The translations under genes and the position numbers were made by a program. This document shows positions 1-12,829 of a stretch of 64,000 nt of DNA, in pieces. The notes beneath the pieces were generated by a model. The model worked only from the letters and a program-made list of their open reading frames with translations. It was not told the origin of the DNA and did not search any database. The stretch comes from Octopus vulgaris (lineage: Eukaryota), in NCBI GenBank assembly GCA_951406725.2, contig OX597814.1, forward strand, positions 129,022,001 through 129,086,000, given 5' to 3'. Within the stretch, counting starts at the first letter, position 1. Each line of letters starts with the position of its first letter.

Positions 1-703
1 AAGCTGTTTGTGAGCCATAAATTCATTTAATTAAAGTATGGTTATAAATACGAATCCAATGTGCTTTTTACTGTTGGGCAGCTTCATTATAAGTGGGAAT
101 GGTGCAGCCTCACCTGGAATTTGCATCACTGGTCTGGAGCCCCTATCTTGCCCAGGATATTAATCGTCTGGAAACCATTCAGTGACGTGCAACCAAGAGA
201 ATACCCTCTATCAGGCATTTGCCATATTCTGAACGCCCTACTTCCCTGGGCATGGATACATTGAAACTCCAACGTCTGGCAGCTGACTTGGCAGACACCA
301 TATAATTTATTAACTGTCTTACTAACAATAACTCTGAGCACCTTTTCAAACTCCACTTATCTAACACCCGTGGACATGTTTACAAAGTCAGAAAACAGCA
401 CAGCTCCCATCACTTTCGAAAACATGTTTTCCCACTAAGAGTTGCTGAAGTATGGAACAAACTGCCAGCATCAGTTGTTAGTTATCGGAGCACTGCATCC
501 ATCAAAACTTCCATGTTTCCTGAGATTCACCAACACTACACCTGATTTTCTCCCCTCCATACCCACGCAAGCATGTATCTGACTCATACACTGTTCACTT
601 TCCAGACATTTGTACATTACTGCATATGCTTTATATGCACTTTTGACAAGTTGTGGTGTACCTGAGTACTGTATACAATAATTTCATTATTATTATTATT
701 ATT
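1..703 (+). mobile_element. CR1/L2-type LINE 3' end (decayed RT C-terminus, 3'UTR, (ATT)n tail)
   Basis: Frame-broken translation resembles QRRATKRIPSIRHLPYSERL..LGMDTLKL.RL..DL and F..RVAEVWNKLP, typical of CR1-group ORF2 ends; ends in a gtgtacctgagtac stem and (ATT)n. Confidence 0.8.
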
Positions 704-984
704 GAATGTACTTTGTTCTAGGAATAAAATTCTGTAACTTATGGTTGTACAAATGGATTGACTGTACCACTCTGGCAGTCACCATATCTTGACTATATTG
801 CTTCTCTGGGCATTGACACTCTAAAATTTTGACATTTAATGCTAACCTGGTAAAAGCTCACAAGATTAGCCATCATCTTTTCAAAAATAATTTTGGCTAC
901 TTTTTAAATTCATCTACAACTTAAGGACCAGCTTATATATATATTAAAAAAAAAAGATAATAAAAAAAAAAAACTCAGTACCCA

Positions 985-1310
985 TAATTTTCAGAAACAT
1001 TTTTTCATGCTCAGAATTGTCAAAGCATGAAACAAACTACCCACATCTATAGTTAACTGTCAGGACACCACATCCTCCAAAAATTCGATGCTTCTTGAAT
1101 TTCACCAACTGGCATATGTATTCTTGTCCTTTATAACTATTAGTGTTCATTTTCCTCTATTTTTGTGTTCTATTCTGTGTACTGTACATGTGCTTCTAGC
1201 TTTCGTTACTGTCTTTACATACTTATTTATCTGCTTTCTGTCCCCTTTAATCTTTTCTGATGAGTTACAGTGTGCCTGAGCACTCTATACAATAAGCTCT
1301 TCATCATCAC
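985..1310 (+). mobile_element. CR1/L2-type LINE 3' fragment, same family as 1-703
   Basis: ttcagaaacattttttcatgctcagaattgtcaaagcatgaaacaaactacc and terminal gtgtgcctgagcactctatacaataag match the 3' end of the first copy. Confidence 0.7.
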
Positions 1311-2762
1311 CATTTAACAGATGTTTGCCATGCTGGCATGGGTTGAACCACATGCATTATTATTACATTATAAAAATGGCTGAATAGATGAGGTACTTGA
1401 CTCTTTGAACTTGGGAGTTTTCAAATCTTTCTCAAATGTTTTGTTATTTCTTGATTGAACACTTTATTCTACATTACCTCAGTTCAAAAAGCTGCTGAGA
1501 ATAGGTACCAAATCAGCTAGCAATGTTACCTATGATAAATTTGCAGTTCTAGCCAAAGGAAGATTTATTTATTGTCCACTTTATGCCCATTATGCCATGA
1601 AACCACCTAAGTACTGGCCCTTAAAATTCCCACAAGAACTTTAAAAGTTACTATTATATAAAATATATCTCAAAAGGTGAGAATGGAATTTACAGGAAAA
1701 AAAAACACATACACAACAGATGCAGACAAGCTCCACCCTTTATCAGTTGTCAATCAAATATCATCACAATTTCAACACTTTTCTGTAATATTGTTCAGTT
1801 TGGCTGAATCAACAACATAAGCTGTTGGGCAAACATGAAAAACAAATGAGGACAGAAAAATTGAGACAAATACAAATATATGCCATATCAATTTATATTG
1901 CTCTCTTGTTTATCAGAGACAAATTTTGTACAATACTGGTGCCTTTTTTTCCTATGATCTTTTGGTTATAGTCTCAAAACCTAAAAAAGTTTAATGAAAG
2001 TAAATACTATAATGAATTTAATTAAATGCTCTACCATTCGTCTCACAGCAGTAACAAGTCACATGACTGAGAAAGTAAGTTCTCTTATCTATATCAGGCT
2101 GACACTGCATGCAACATGCTGGGAACCCCCATGCAGGTTCTGATGAATTTGGTAAAAATATTTATAAGAAAACCTACAGATAACTATACAAAATATTAAA
2201 AACCAAAAAACAGGAAGAAAGAAGACATATATTCTATTACATATGAACACATAATTTAAAACCTAAAATCAATATTCTTCACCCTGGCTACTAGTCATGA
2301 TTCATAATTGAAAATGGAAGAATTTAAAATGTCCATTACAGTTATTTTAAATGCTTCTGCAATGGGCCTCTATTTTTTTTTCCGTTTTTTTGCTTTTATT
2401 TCTGCTTAAAGCAATATATCTCTTGCTGCTATCTCAGCTGTACAGATTTAATGACTGACATGATCTGATACATGCTAGTACAAGGGGGCTTCAGATATAA
2501 TAGTGGATGGGGTTCATTAAACATCAGAATATTGATAAGAGATTGCATCTCCTGCTCTCTTTCTCTCCCTCTAAAAGTAGAATTGTACTGTGTATGGATT
2601 AAATAGATGTTTGGTACTATTAATAGAGGAATAAGGGTATTTAAATATGAACAAGTAGAGCTAAATTTAAGAGTCATTTGTCTTCTACTGTTCTGTTAAT
2701 TCAGCAAAATGAAATATTTGACCAAATGTTAATCAAAAAGTTATTGAATTTTCTTTCTCTAT

Positions 2763-3031
2763 ATCATTATCGTCGTTTAACATCTGCTTTCCATGCTAGC
2801 ATGGGTTGGACGGTTTGACTGTGGGCTGGTGAACCAGATGGCTGCACCAAGCTCCAGTCTTGATCTGGCAGAGTTTCTACAGCTGGATGCCCTTCCAAAC
2901 ACCAACCACTCCAAGAGTGTAGTGGGTGCTTTTACGTGCCACCCACACAGGGACCAGTCAGGCGGTACTGGCAACAACCTCGCTCAAATTTTTGGGGCCA
3001 GACAGGCTGTACTGGCAACGACCTCGCTTGA
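2763..3031 (-). mobile_element. RTE-type LINE 3'UTR fragment
   Basis: Reverse complement of the recurrent ...ggaagggcatccagctgtagaaac...catggaaagcggacgttaaacgatg 3' end. Confidence 0.75.
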
Positions 3032-3327
3032 ATTTTTTTCACATATATGTAGCCAATATTTGAATGTTAAATTTTACTGAGACACAGGCATGGCTGTGTA
3101 ATTAAGAAGCTTGCTTCTCAACCATGTGGCTTTGAGTTCAGTCCCACTGTACAGCACTTTGGGAAAATGCTTCTGCTATAGTTCTAGGGTGACCCAAATG
3201 TTGTAAGTAGATTTGGTAGGTGGAAACTGAAAGGAGCCTGTCGTGTGTGTGTAGAATCAACAGATGAGATCCAGAGATGCTTAATACATAAAATATGTAA
3301 TAGAGCTCAAAGGATTTGAATAAATAT

Positions 3328-3728
3328 ATTCTTTTATTTGTTTCAGTCACTTGACTGTGGCCATGCTGGAGCCACTGCCTTTAGTTGAACAAATCGACTC
3401 CAGAACTTATTCTTTGTATGCTTAGTACTTATTCCATTGGTCCCTTCTGCCAAACTGCTAAGTTGCAGCGATGTAAACACACCAACATCAATTGTCAAGC
3501 AATGGTGGGGGAACAAACCCAGACACACAAACATACACACATACACATGCAGTTACACACACACACATATTATGGGCTTCTTTCAGTTTCTACCAAATTA
3601 ACTCACAAGGCTTTGATCAGCCCGAGGCTACAGTAGAAGACACTTGCCCAAGGTGTGAAACAGTAGGACTGAAGCTGAGCCTTTTGGTTGCAAATCAAAC
3701 TTCTTAACCTCACAGTCATCCCTGTACC
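3328..3728 (-). mobile_element. tRNA-headed SINE family A (CORE-like body, internal microsatellite)
   Basis: Matches the family A consensus seen at 19136-19540 in reverse. Confidence 0.8.
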
Positions 3729-4549
3729 CATTTTGTTGCTCATTACTACAGGTGTAAATTTAATTAAAATATTTTGGTTCGCTACTTCAGGTATGTTAGC
3801 ACTTACTTAAATCTTCCTTTTATATTTCCACATATGAATAGCACTTAGATAATATTGTATAAAGAATTGCTATTATTTAAGACTGGTGGTGGTGCTGGGA
3901 AGGAATGGTTTGACTGCCAGATAAATTACCTCTCAGAATTGAGTTTCATCTTTCTATGCTGCTTATCTGCTAGATGAGGTTTTGATGGATGATATCTGGT
4001 GTATGTGTGCATATGTGTGTAGCAGGTGCTCTGTCCCAGATATTTGAGCTATGCATTGAAGGTTAGGAGTGAGTGTGTAGTTTATTAGATCACATCTCGC
4101 ATATAACTGCTACTTATCTTAACAATTCCAGAAAAATAAACCAAAGGGAGTCTCTTCATGGTCTTTTAAAATAAAACAACAACAGCAGCAACAACAAAAC
4201 CACTTTATTGACTCTTTCTGCTATTCTTTATTTTCTGAAACTGTGTTAGAAGCTTTCTTCCAGACAAAACTGATATATTAAACTGCATTGTTCATATGTT
4301 GAAAGAAAAAACCAACATCTGAAGGACATCAGAATCACTTACCTTCCCATTATGTACCCATTGAACTCCAGCTTGATAAATTCAAACTCCAATTCCCACA
4401 AAATAATGAAGTTTAATGGAAAAAAATAACCATTCCTCTGACCCAAGAAGACTGTTATTTTATCTTTTACATATTTCAGTCATGGTGGTCATGATGGAGC
4501 ACCACCTTGAAGGGCTTTAAAACAAATCGCCACCATCCCATACTTCTTT

Positions 4550-4915
4550 CTTTTATTCTTTTACTTCTTTTAGTCATTTGACTGCGGCCATTCTGGAGCA
4601 CCGCCTTTAGTCGAGCAAATTGACTTAGTATTTATTGTTTGTAAGCCTAGTACTTATTCTATCAGTCTCTTTTGCTGAACTATTAAGTTATGGGGATGTA
4701 AACACACTAGCATCGGTTGTCAAGCGATGTTGGGGCAACAAACACAGCCACACAAACATACAAACACACACATATGACAGGCTTCTTTGTGTCTACAAAA
4801 TCCGCTCACAAGGCTTTGGTCGGCCTATAGTTGACAAGGTGCCACACAGTGGGACTGAACCCAGAACCATGTAGTTGGTAAGCAAGCTACTTACCACACA
4901 TTCACTCCTGCACCT
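4550..4915 (-). mobile_element. SINE family A
   Basis: Full head (gtgtggtaagtagcttgcttacc...ggttcagtccc) and tail in reverse. Confidence 0.8.
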
Positions 4916-6139
4916 GTTCATTTTCTTTTTAAGTGTAGTACTTATTCTATCAGTTTCTTTTATAAAATAGTAAAGTCAGAAACTAACTAACATCTCTTGT
5001 CAAGTGGTGGTGGTGGGTTACCCCTACCCACCACCACATGATGAGCTTCCACACAACTTCTGTCTCCCTAATTCATTCACAAAGCATTGGTTAGCCCAGT
5101 GTTATAGTAGGCACTCACCCTCAGTGCTGTGCAGTGGGACTGAACCTGAAACTACATGGTCACAAAGCAAATTTCAGTTCTTTTTCTGAAAAGGATAACC
5201 CTAACATATAACACCATGCCTCTGTATATGCTTTATCCTTAGAAAATTTAACCACTTCCTGGTCTTGCCAATAATAAATTTATCATTATCTCTAATATCC
5301 TGAGCTAATTAATTCACTCACATTAGCCAATGCTAATTATTTACATTGGATATCTACTGAAGTCTACCGTTCCAATCAATTAACTATCAATCAAAGTTTA
5401 ACCCTTACTGTTCATTCCGCATCAAATAAAAACCAACTTCCACATAAATCATACATCAAACAAAACTAATTATTTATATTAATTCACTTTCATTATCTGA
5501 AACCTTAGATTGTTATATTACAGCCTACATTATTAATCAACCAAAACGAATCATTTAACATTAGTTAGCCATCAATAGAGCCCGATCATTCACCTTAACC
5601 AATTATCAGAATGAATTCAACTATTTGTAGTAATCACGCTTTAATTAGATACAACTATTTATTTAACAGCGGCTGCAGTTGACGGCTGTCCTAATTCAAT
5701 ATTGTAACATTACATAATAATAAATAAACACTAAATTTTGCTAACCATTCATTAATTAAATCAAAATGTTTATCTAAGACAATTGCCAACTAGATTTGCT
5801 GGCTACTCTCAATGTTGTGACCAAATGTATAAATCTAAGTGAACTGAAATAATAACAGAATTTAGCGATGGTCTAGTGGTTTAGGCATTACTCTCATGAT
5901 CATATGATCAAGGGTTCAATTCTATGACTGGGCTGCAAGTTGTATTCTTGAGCACGGCACTTAATTTCACATTGTTTCAGTGTACTTGTCGAAATATTAC
6001 CAGTGGTAGATCTGCCTCTTGCCTTAAAGGGAAATATACATCTCAAAACATCTGATTTGGTTAATACAATAAAACTGGAACTAAGCACCAATTCTTAAAA
6101 ACCTCTCACAGTTTAGAAGGGTTTCATATTTTTTTGCAT

Positions 6140-6440
6140 GACTATTCATATAGGGAAATGTCTCCCGACATTTTTTCATTCTCAGAATTGCTGAAGTATG
6201 GATTAAACTATCTGCATCAGTTGTTGATAGATCAATATGGACACTACACTCTTCAAAACTCCCATGCTTCCTGAAATTTGCCAACTGTACATCTCACCCA
6301 ACTTTTATTTTAACTACTCATTCACTGTTCACTTCCTGTGTGTTATTCTATGTTACTGTTCATGAACTTTTGCCTTCTTTTCCTGATGAGTTGTAGTGCA
6401 CCTGAGCACTGTATACAATAAGTTCATTAATACTATTATA
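6140..6440 (+). mobile_element. CR1/L2-type LINE 3' fragment
   Basis: agaattgctgaagtatgg...gtagtgcacctgagcactgtatacaataagttcatt, shared with 1-703. Confidence 0.65.
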
Positions 6441-6752
6441 ACTACATAGCACTGTAATAGCTAGGATAACTTGTTTATTGCATCCACCGGTGTGCATTCT
6501 GATGCAACTCAGAGGAAAAGAACTTAAGTCTCTGAAACTTTCTGAGAAAAGATCTTGCTTCAGAGAGGACCAGTCAACAAAACCAATCTTCCATGACTGA
6601 TTTTCATTTTTGATCCTTTATTATCTCAGGCATTTCTCTACCCTTACAATGGAGCTGGACTATCAATAAACCAATCTTCCACACACTAAGACTTGTATTT
6701 TGATCAATCAAGATTCCAGCTATTTCTACATTCTTGCTCTGTGGTGACCATA

Positions 6753-6805
6753 TTTGAACTTAGCTATGAAAATTTTGTACAAAATTTTCATGGCTTAAGC
6801 TCAAA
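6753..6805. repeat. Loopless palindrome of about 53 bp
   Basis: Perfect 26-bp core atgaaaattttgt|acaaaattttcat with imperfect extensions tttgaacttagct/ggcttaagctcaaa. Confidence 0.85.
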
Positions 6806-7284
6806 CTTCATCCATCAATTGCCAAAGTAAATGGATCTTAAAATCCAATAAGCCCTAAGACTTCTCTGAAATTTTTAGTTAGTTTGTTGTAAGCTTTTTC
6901 CTAGTCAAGTTAAGGGACCATCTGAAATCTGTCCATAGACCCCTTCAAGATTGACAGATTGCAGATTAATAATGACTGCATTGGATATTTTCTATGTTAG
7001 CTTCATCTTCATCAAATAGTATTTTCCCTTCTATAGCTCAGATTCCATATTGATCTATCAACACTTTAAACATTTCTCTTCCTAATTTTTAGAGGTTTTT
7101 TTTGCATGTGTGCATGTTGACTGTATCACAATAAATGAATGAATGAACTGTTAATGGTGGACATACAATTTTATATAAAAAAAAAACATTCATAATTATC
7201 ATGTGTGTAATTTTTGTTGTTCCTGTATTCACAAATAAACTTTCTATTTCCACTCACTTCAGTCACATCTGTAACATCACCAAC

Positions 7285-8043
7285 ACCAACACCAACATAA
7301 TCATAATCATCATGATGTCTAAGCAAATAATGAGATTTAAACTCATCTCTCTGGTGATACAGCTGATGAAAATTATTTATAGTTATGGGTTAAACTAACA
7401 GACAGTGAAGCATCATGTTTGTAAAAAATATTTTTAGCAACTAATAATTGCTGCAAACATGAAATGTTTAAATATTTTTTCTAGTAAGAAACCTTGCTGC
7501 TTGCCAGCAGTAAACAGAATCCTTTATAAATTACTAAATCATAATGTCATCTTAAGTCAATAAAGTCCCAATACCAGGGGAAAGAGTTAGCATATGTGAC
7601 TGTGCATCAGACTGTATACACATGCTCCTATCAACTTTTTCATGCACCAGGCATAATGACAGATGTTCCATGTAACCCATTAACTGTAGGACTTCTGTTG
7701 CACAGTTCTGTTACCATATATCATTGTCCTCATTCATCCACTTTTCCATGCATGCATGAGTCAGATGATATTTGCTATGGCAGATTTTCTATGGTTGGAT
7801 GCTCTTCCTATCACTAACCTTCATCTGTTTCCAAGTAAGATAATATTTCCCCATGGACAGACATGTTTTCATGGAAGATTGGAAATGGATGCCACTTGTA
7901 TGGTAGTGTTTACAACTGTCATGTGATATCAAGGTAATGAGGGACAAACGCAGTCAGACACACACATATCTATTTCATCATTACTATTTCACATTCATTT
8001 TCCATGTTGGCAGGTATTTGGCTATATATATATATATATATAT
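7285..8043 (+). repeat. About 760-bp direct duplication, copy 1
   Basis: Near-identical to 8384-9161, with only a handful of substitutions and 1-bp indels. Confidence 0.95.
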
Positions 8044-8383
8044 GACTAACTAGGAAAATAGTTTTTATCTGTGGCAGATGCTCAGGAGCAATAAACTCTG
8101 AAAATATGCAGAGACCAACTTCTATCACGTTTCAGGGAGAAAAACTAGAAGTAGTTGATAGCTTCCGCTACCTAGGTGACCAAGTCAGTAGCGGGGGCGG
8201 GTGTGCTGAAAGTGTAACTGCTAGAGTAAGAATAGCCTGGGCAAAGTTTAGAGAGCTCTTACCCCTGCTGGTGACAAAAGGCTTCTCACTCAAAGTAAAA
8301 GGCAGACTGTATGATGCATGTGTACGTACAGCCATGCTACATGGTGGTGAAACTTGGGCTGTGACTGCTGAGGATTTGCGTAA
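8044..8383 (+). mobile_element. RTE-clade LINE reverse transcriptase fragment
   Basis: ORF 8106-8399: LEVVDSFRYLGDQVSSGGGC.ESVTARVRIAWAKFREL...KGRLYDACVRTAMLHG.ETW, i.e. RT domain 7 (F.YLG) and thumb of RTE elements. Confidence 0.9.
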
Positions 8384-9122
8384 ACCAACACCAACATAAT
8401 CATAATCATCATGATGTCTAAGCAAATAATGAGATTTAAACTCATCTCTCTGGTGATACAGCTGATGAAAATTATTTATAGTTATGGGTTAAACTAACAG
8501 ACAGTGAAGCATCATGTTTGTAAAAAATATTTTTAGCAACTAATAATTGCTGCAAACATGAAATGTTTAAATATTTTTTCTAGTAAGAAACCTTGCTGCT
8601 TGCCAGCAGTAAACAGAATCCTTTATAAATTACTAAATCATAATGTCATCTTAAGTCAATAAAGTCCCAATACCAGGGGGAAAGAGTTAGCATATGTGAC
8701 TGTGCATCAGACTGTATACACATGCTCCTATCAACTTTTTCATGCACCAGGCATAATGACAGATGTTCCATGTAACCCATTAACTGTAGGACCTTCTGTT
8801 GCACAGTTCTGTTACCATATATCATTGTCCTCATTCATCCACTTTTCCATGCATGCATGAGTCAGATGATATTTGCTGTGGCAGATTTTCTATGGCTGGA
8901 TGCTCTTCCTATCACTAACCTTCATCTGTTTCCAAGTAAGATAATATTTCCCCATGGACAGACATGTTTTCATGGAAGATTGGAAATGGATGCCACTTGT
9001 ATGGTAGTGTTTACAACTGTCATGTGATATCAAGGTAACGAGGGACAAACACAGTCACACACACACATATCTATTTCATCATTACCATTTCACATTCATT
9101 TTCCATGTTGGCAGGTATTTGG

Positions 9123-9161
<39 letters not shown>
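8384..9161 (+). repeat. About 760-bp direct duplication, copy 2
   Basis: Near-identical to 7285-8043; both end in (TA)n. Confidence 0.95.
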
Positions 9162-9162
<1 letters not shown>

Positions 9163-9560
9163 TCTTTACTCTCTTTTACTTGTTAGAGTCATTTGACTGT
9201 GGCCATGCTGGAGCACCGCCTTTAGTTGAGCAAATCGCCCCCAGGACTTATTCCTTGTAAGCCTAGTACTCATTCTATCGGTCTCTTTCGCTGAACTGCT
9301 AAGTTATGGGGATGTAAACACACCAGCATCGGTTGTCAAGCGATGTTGGGGGGAGGACAAACACAGACACATTAACATACACACACACACACACATATAT
9401 ATATATACATATATACGACAGGTTTCTTTCAGTTTCCGTCTACCAAATCCACTCACAAGGCTTTGATTGACCCGAGGCTATAGTAGAAGACACATGCCTG
9501 CAGTGGGACAGAACGCGGAACAATATGGTTGGTAACCAAGCTACTTACCACACAGCCACT

Positions 9561-9563
<3 letters not shown>
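9162..9563 (-). mobile_element. SINE family A, flanked on both sides by (TA)n
   Basis: Full-length match to the family consensus. Confidence 0.85.
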
Positions 9564-9603
<40 letters not shown>

Positions 9604-9885
9604 AAAAAAGTAGAGAGAGAGAGAAAGCTAATAGTGAGGAATTATTAATCTGGGCAAAATACTTCATAAGCTCTCTGCTGGCATACCAGGCTAACAATAT
9701 TATTTAGATTAGTGAAGCACTCCAAGTATTCTGGTAGAAGTGTCTATGGTTATGCCTCATCACAACTCTATATTGTAAATCTATGGAAGGTCTCCTGACA
9801 AACTGGTTTTTACACAAAGTGATATAGAAGATAAGGTATGAATAAAGGTCATTACATATTTTTCCTTTATTAGAGCATATCAGTG

Positions 9886-10092
9886 CAATTTAAGAGTTTT
9901 GAATTAATTATTTAAAGCATCTTACGATCGTTTCACAGAAGTGCTGTCTCTATAATGAAATCCTATATTGATAAGCATTTATAGACAACGCTTCTATAAA
10001 TGCTTATCAATATAGGATTTCATTATAGGGACAACTCTTCTGTGAAACGATCGTAAGATGCTTTAAATAATTCATTCAAAACTTTTAAACTG
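9886..10092. repeat. Fold-back inverted repeat (about 100-bp arms, 7-nt loop), probably Penelope-like terminal repeat derived
   Basis: Arms 9886-9985 and 9993-10092 are near-perfect reverse complements; each carries GAAACGATCGTA, the 3' half of a minimal hammerhead. Confidence 0.85.
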
Positions 10093-10232
10093 TCAAATAC
10101 ATTATATACTTAAACTTATACATATTTATATTTATTTATGTATATATTTTTAATACAACAATTATTTTTCACACATGTATATCTTTCTGAGGAGTTTTGA
10201 TATTATTTCCTAATATTAATAATAATATATTA

Positions 10233-10235
<3 letters not shown>

Positions 10236-10321
<86 letters not shown>
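10236..10321. repeat. (TA)n microsatellite
   Basis: About 85 bp of pure TA. Confidence 0.95.
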
Positions 10322-10322
<1 letters not shown>

Positions 10323-11390
10323 CACTCGTATTAAATATATAAACACATTAATAGTATTAATACTTTGATACAATTGAGCACTCAATATAAATTCAGTATA
10401 TAATATTCTCATTGAATATATTTAACTAAAGGTTTAAGCATATTAGTACATATATGCACACACATACACACAATCCAATCACACGCATATATACATACAT
10501 AAATACAATGAAGTTCTTTCAGTTTCTAACAACCAAATCTAGTCACAGGGCTTTGGTGCATGTGAGTATGAGTACGTATGAAGTAGGCATCAGGATCCAT
10601 GTATATTTTGCATCATTGTTATATAATTAGAGAAGAATAAGTACTAGTTAAATTCCTCAGAACAAATTACCAACTCTTTATAACATTACATTACTGATGA
10701 GAATATGATAACTTCAGAGTGGCTTTGCTTTTAGGTTAATAAGATTCCACTTCTCTAATTTACAATGCGACATAAAAGATATTTCATGTTCAAAGAGTTT
10801 TATTTGAATGATTTCCCACCTCTTCCTTTATTACACTCTTTCTCTTTATAATTTCTTACTACCTTTCTTCTCCTTTGGGAGTATCTTCTGAGAGGAAAAT
10901 TATGCAAGTCCAATTGAAGATTGAGGAAATTAAGTCAGAGATTGATCTATAAGATAAGCTATACTGCTTTATTGTTAATGAAGTTGTCATTTATTACATG
11001 CCAAACTATAGATAATCAGTTAGACCTGGTCTTTGGGATTCATTTAATCATATCTATTAATTCCCCTGGTTCCTTCCTTATACCACAGTTTATATCTTAT
11101 GAGGAAACAAAGCTGCATATTGACCCATTGCATAAGCTGTGCTGATATATTCATGATGAAACTGTGCTATTCATTTATAAGCAAAATTGCATATAATCGC
11201 TTAGAATGGGTGAAACAAAGAAAAAGTTGTGAGTCTTCTGTAAGAATATGGTGGAATATGATGGAAAGGATTTTATTTCTGCAAAATATGAAGGCATAAG
11301 GAGTGATGTCAAATGTTTGAATCAGCCAACAAACAGATTTATTGGAACAAATTAAGCTTTATCTATATAAACAGATTATATTTTGGATTA

Positions 11391-11622
11391 AGGCAGCGAG
11401 CTGGCAGAATTGTTAGCACGCCGGGCGAAATGCTTGGTGGTATTTTGTCTGCCGCTACGTTCTGAGTTCAAATTCAGCTGAGGTTGACATTGCCTTTCAT
11501 CCTTTTGGGGTCGATAAATTAAGTACCAGTTATGCACTGGGGTCAATGTAATCGACTTAATCCCTTTGTCTGTCCATAATTGTCCCCTCTATGTTTTTCC
11601 CCTTGAGGACAATAAAGAAATA
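11391..11622 (+). mobile_element. tRNA-headed SINE family B monomer with about 18-bp TSD
   Basis: A-box tggcagaattg, B-box gagttcaaattc, central gcctttcatccttttggggtcgataaattaagtacc; TSD agattatattttggatta/agatcatattttggataa. Confidence 0.85.
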
Positions 11623-11942
11623 AGATCATATTTTGGATAAATTGCTATGAGAAAAATGTACAGCATTTCTGGCCATAACTTTTGTTAGAGAAAAGGATTT
11701 ATTGCTTGAAATGTTAAAGTTTTCCTATTCCTCGCAACAAACCAATTTATTTCACCTTTGAACTTCCTAATTTGCTGATACAGATTGTCAGTAATTTCCT
11801 TGTATACTACCATTATTGAGGAATAATGCTTTATGTGTACATAGGATGTATTACCTTGGTGATTCTGTGCCTTTCTAAGCTATATCCACTGAAGGAGTTG
11901 AAATTTGCACTGCAAATTAACGAAACCCATCAATTTTTTTCC

Positions 11943-12200
11943 AGTGGAACATGTAGCTTAGTGGTTAGGGTGTTAAACTCATGATCATAAGGTTGTGGTT
12001 TCGATTCCTAGACCGGGCGATGCGTTGTGTTCTTGAGCAAAACACTTCATTTCACATTTCTCCAGTCCACTCAGCTGGCAAAAATGAGTAATCCTGCGAC
12101 GGACCGGTGTCCCCGTCCGGGGGGGGGGGGTTCTAAGCCACTGAAACCAGGAAACCAGCCCTTATGAGCCTGGCATGGCTTGAGAAGGAACATTACTATT
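11943..12200 (+). mobile_element. tRNA-headed SINE family C
   Basis: tagcttagtggttagg A-box, gtttcgattcc B-box, tgtgttcttgagcaaaacac body. Confidence 0.8.
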
Positions 12201-12444
12201 ATTATCAATTTTTTCCTGGTTCTGCTACATATATTAGCTAGTTAGTTGTTCTATTTCTGTGGTATCTCTTTGTGGCTAAGTGGACTTAACCATTTGATAA
12301 TTCTTTTAATCACATACACAGTATAGCACTAGTAGCTAGATATGGCTGTCCCAAACCCTATAGACTCAAACATCAGAATTTTAATTTCCATTGGAATTGG
12401 GATCTATGTATTGACTTACTATCTTGATTTTCTTACTCTGAGCT

Positions 12445-12718
12445 ATTGGTTCTCAACTGGGGTCTATATGATCCTTGAGGAATCCATTTGACCCTTTGTG
12501 GTCCATATAAAATTTTTTGTTAAAATTTATGAGCAGTAAGTCGCTTGTATTTCTACAATGCACTAAATATTTTAACAATTTTTAATACATTTCCTGATAA
12601 TATTCAATAATAAAAATATTATAGAGTTTTTTAAAATCGAATGGCTGTGAGGGCTCACCAGAGTAAAATAAGAATCAAGAGTGTCCCATAGATAAAAAAG
12701 TAGTTGAGAATAACCACT
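12445..12718. mobile_element. Decayed hAT-type MITE
   Basis: Termini tggttctcaact ... agttgagaa(ta)acca form an imperfect TIR. Confidence 0.5.
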
Positions 12719-12829
12719 CTAAGCCATAAAAACATCAAAAAGACCTCCATATTCATCACTGTACCTGTCCTCTTGTTTCCAGGACATGACCCCAGAATCT
12801 TTGAGTTACAATGATAATAGGTATAGACA

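Noticed and set aside
1257-1290. CTGATGAG here and at about 6383, 10694, 18094 and 20981 as hammerhead cores
   Set aside because: No properly placed stem II, GAAA and UH elements; the first two are CR1 3'UTR and 18094 is a decayed SINE tail
4343-4437. Possible minus-strand exon ending in AG|GTAAGT
   Set aside because: Strong donor only; weak acceptor and unrecognisable peptide
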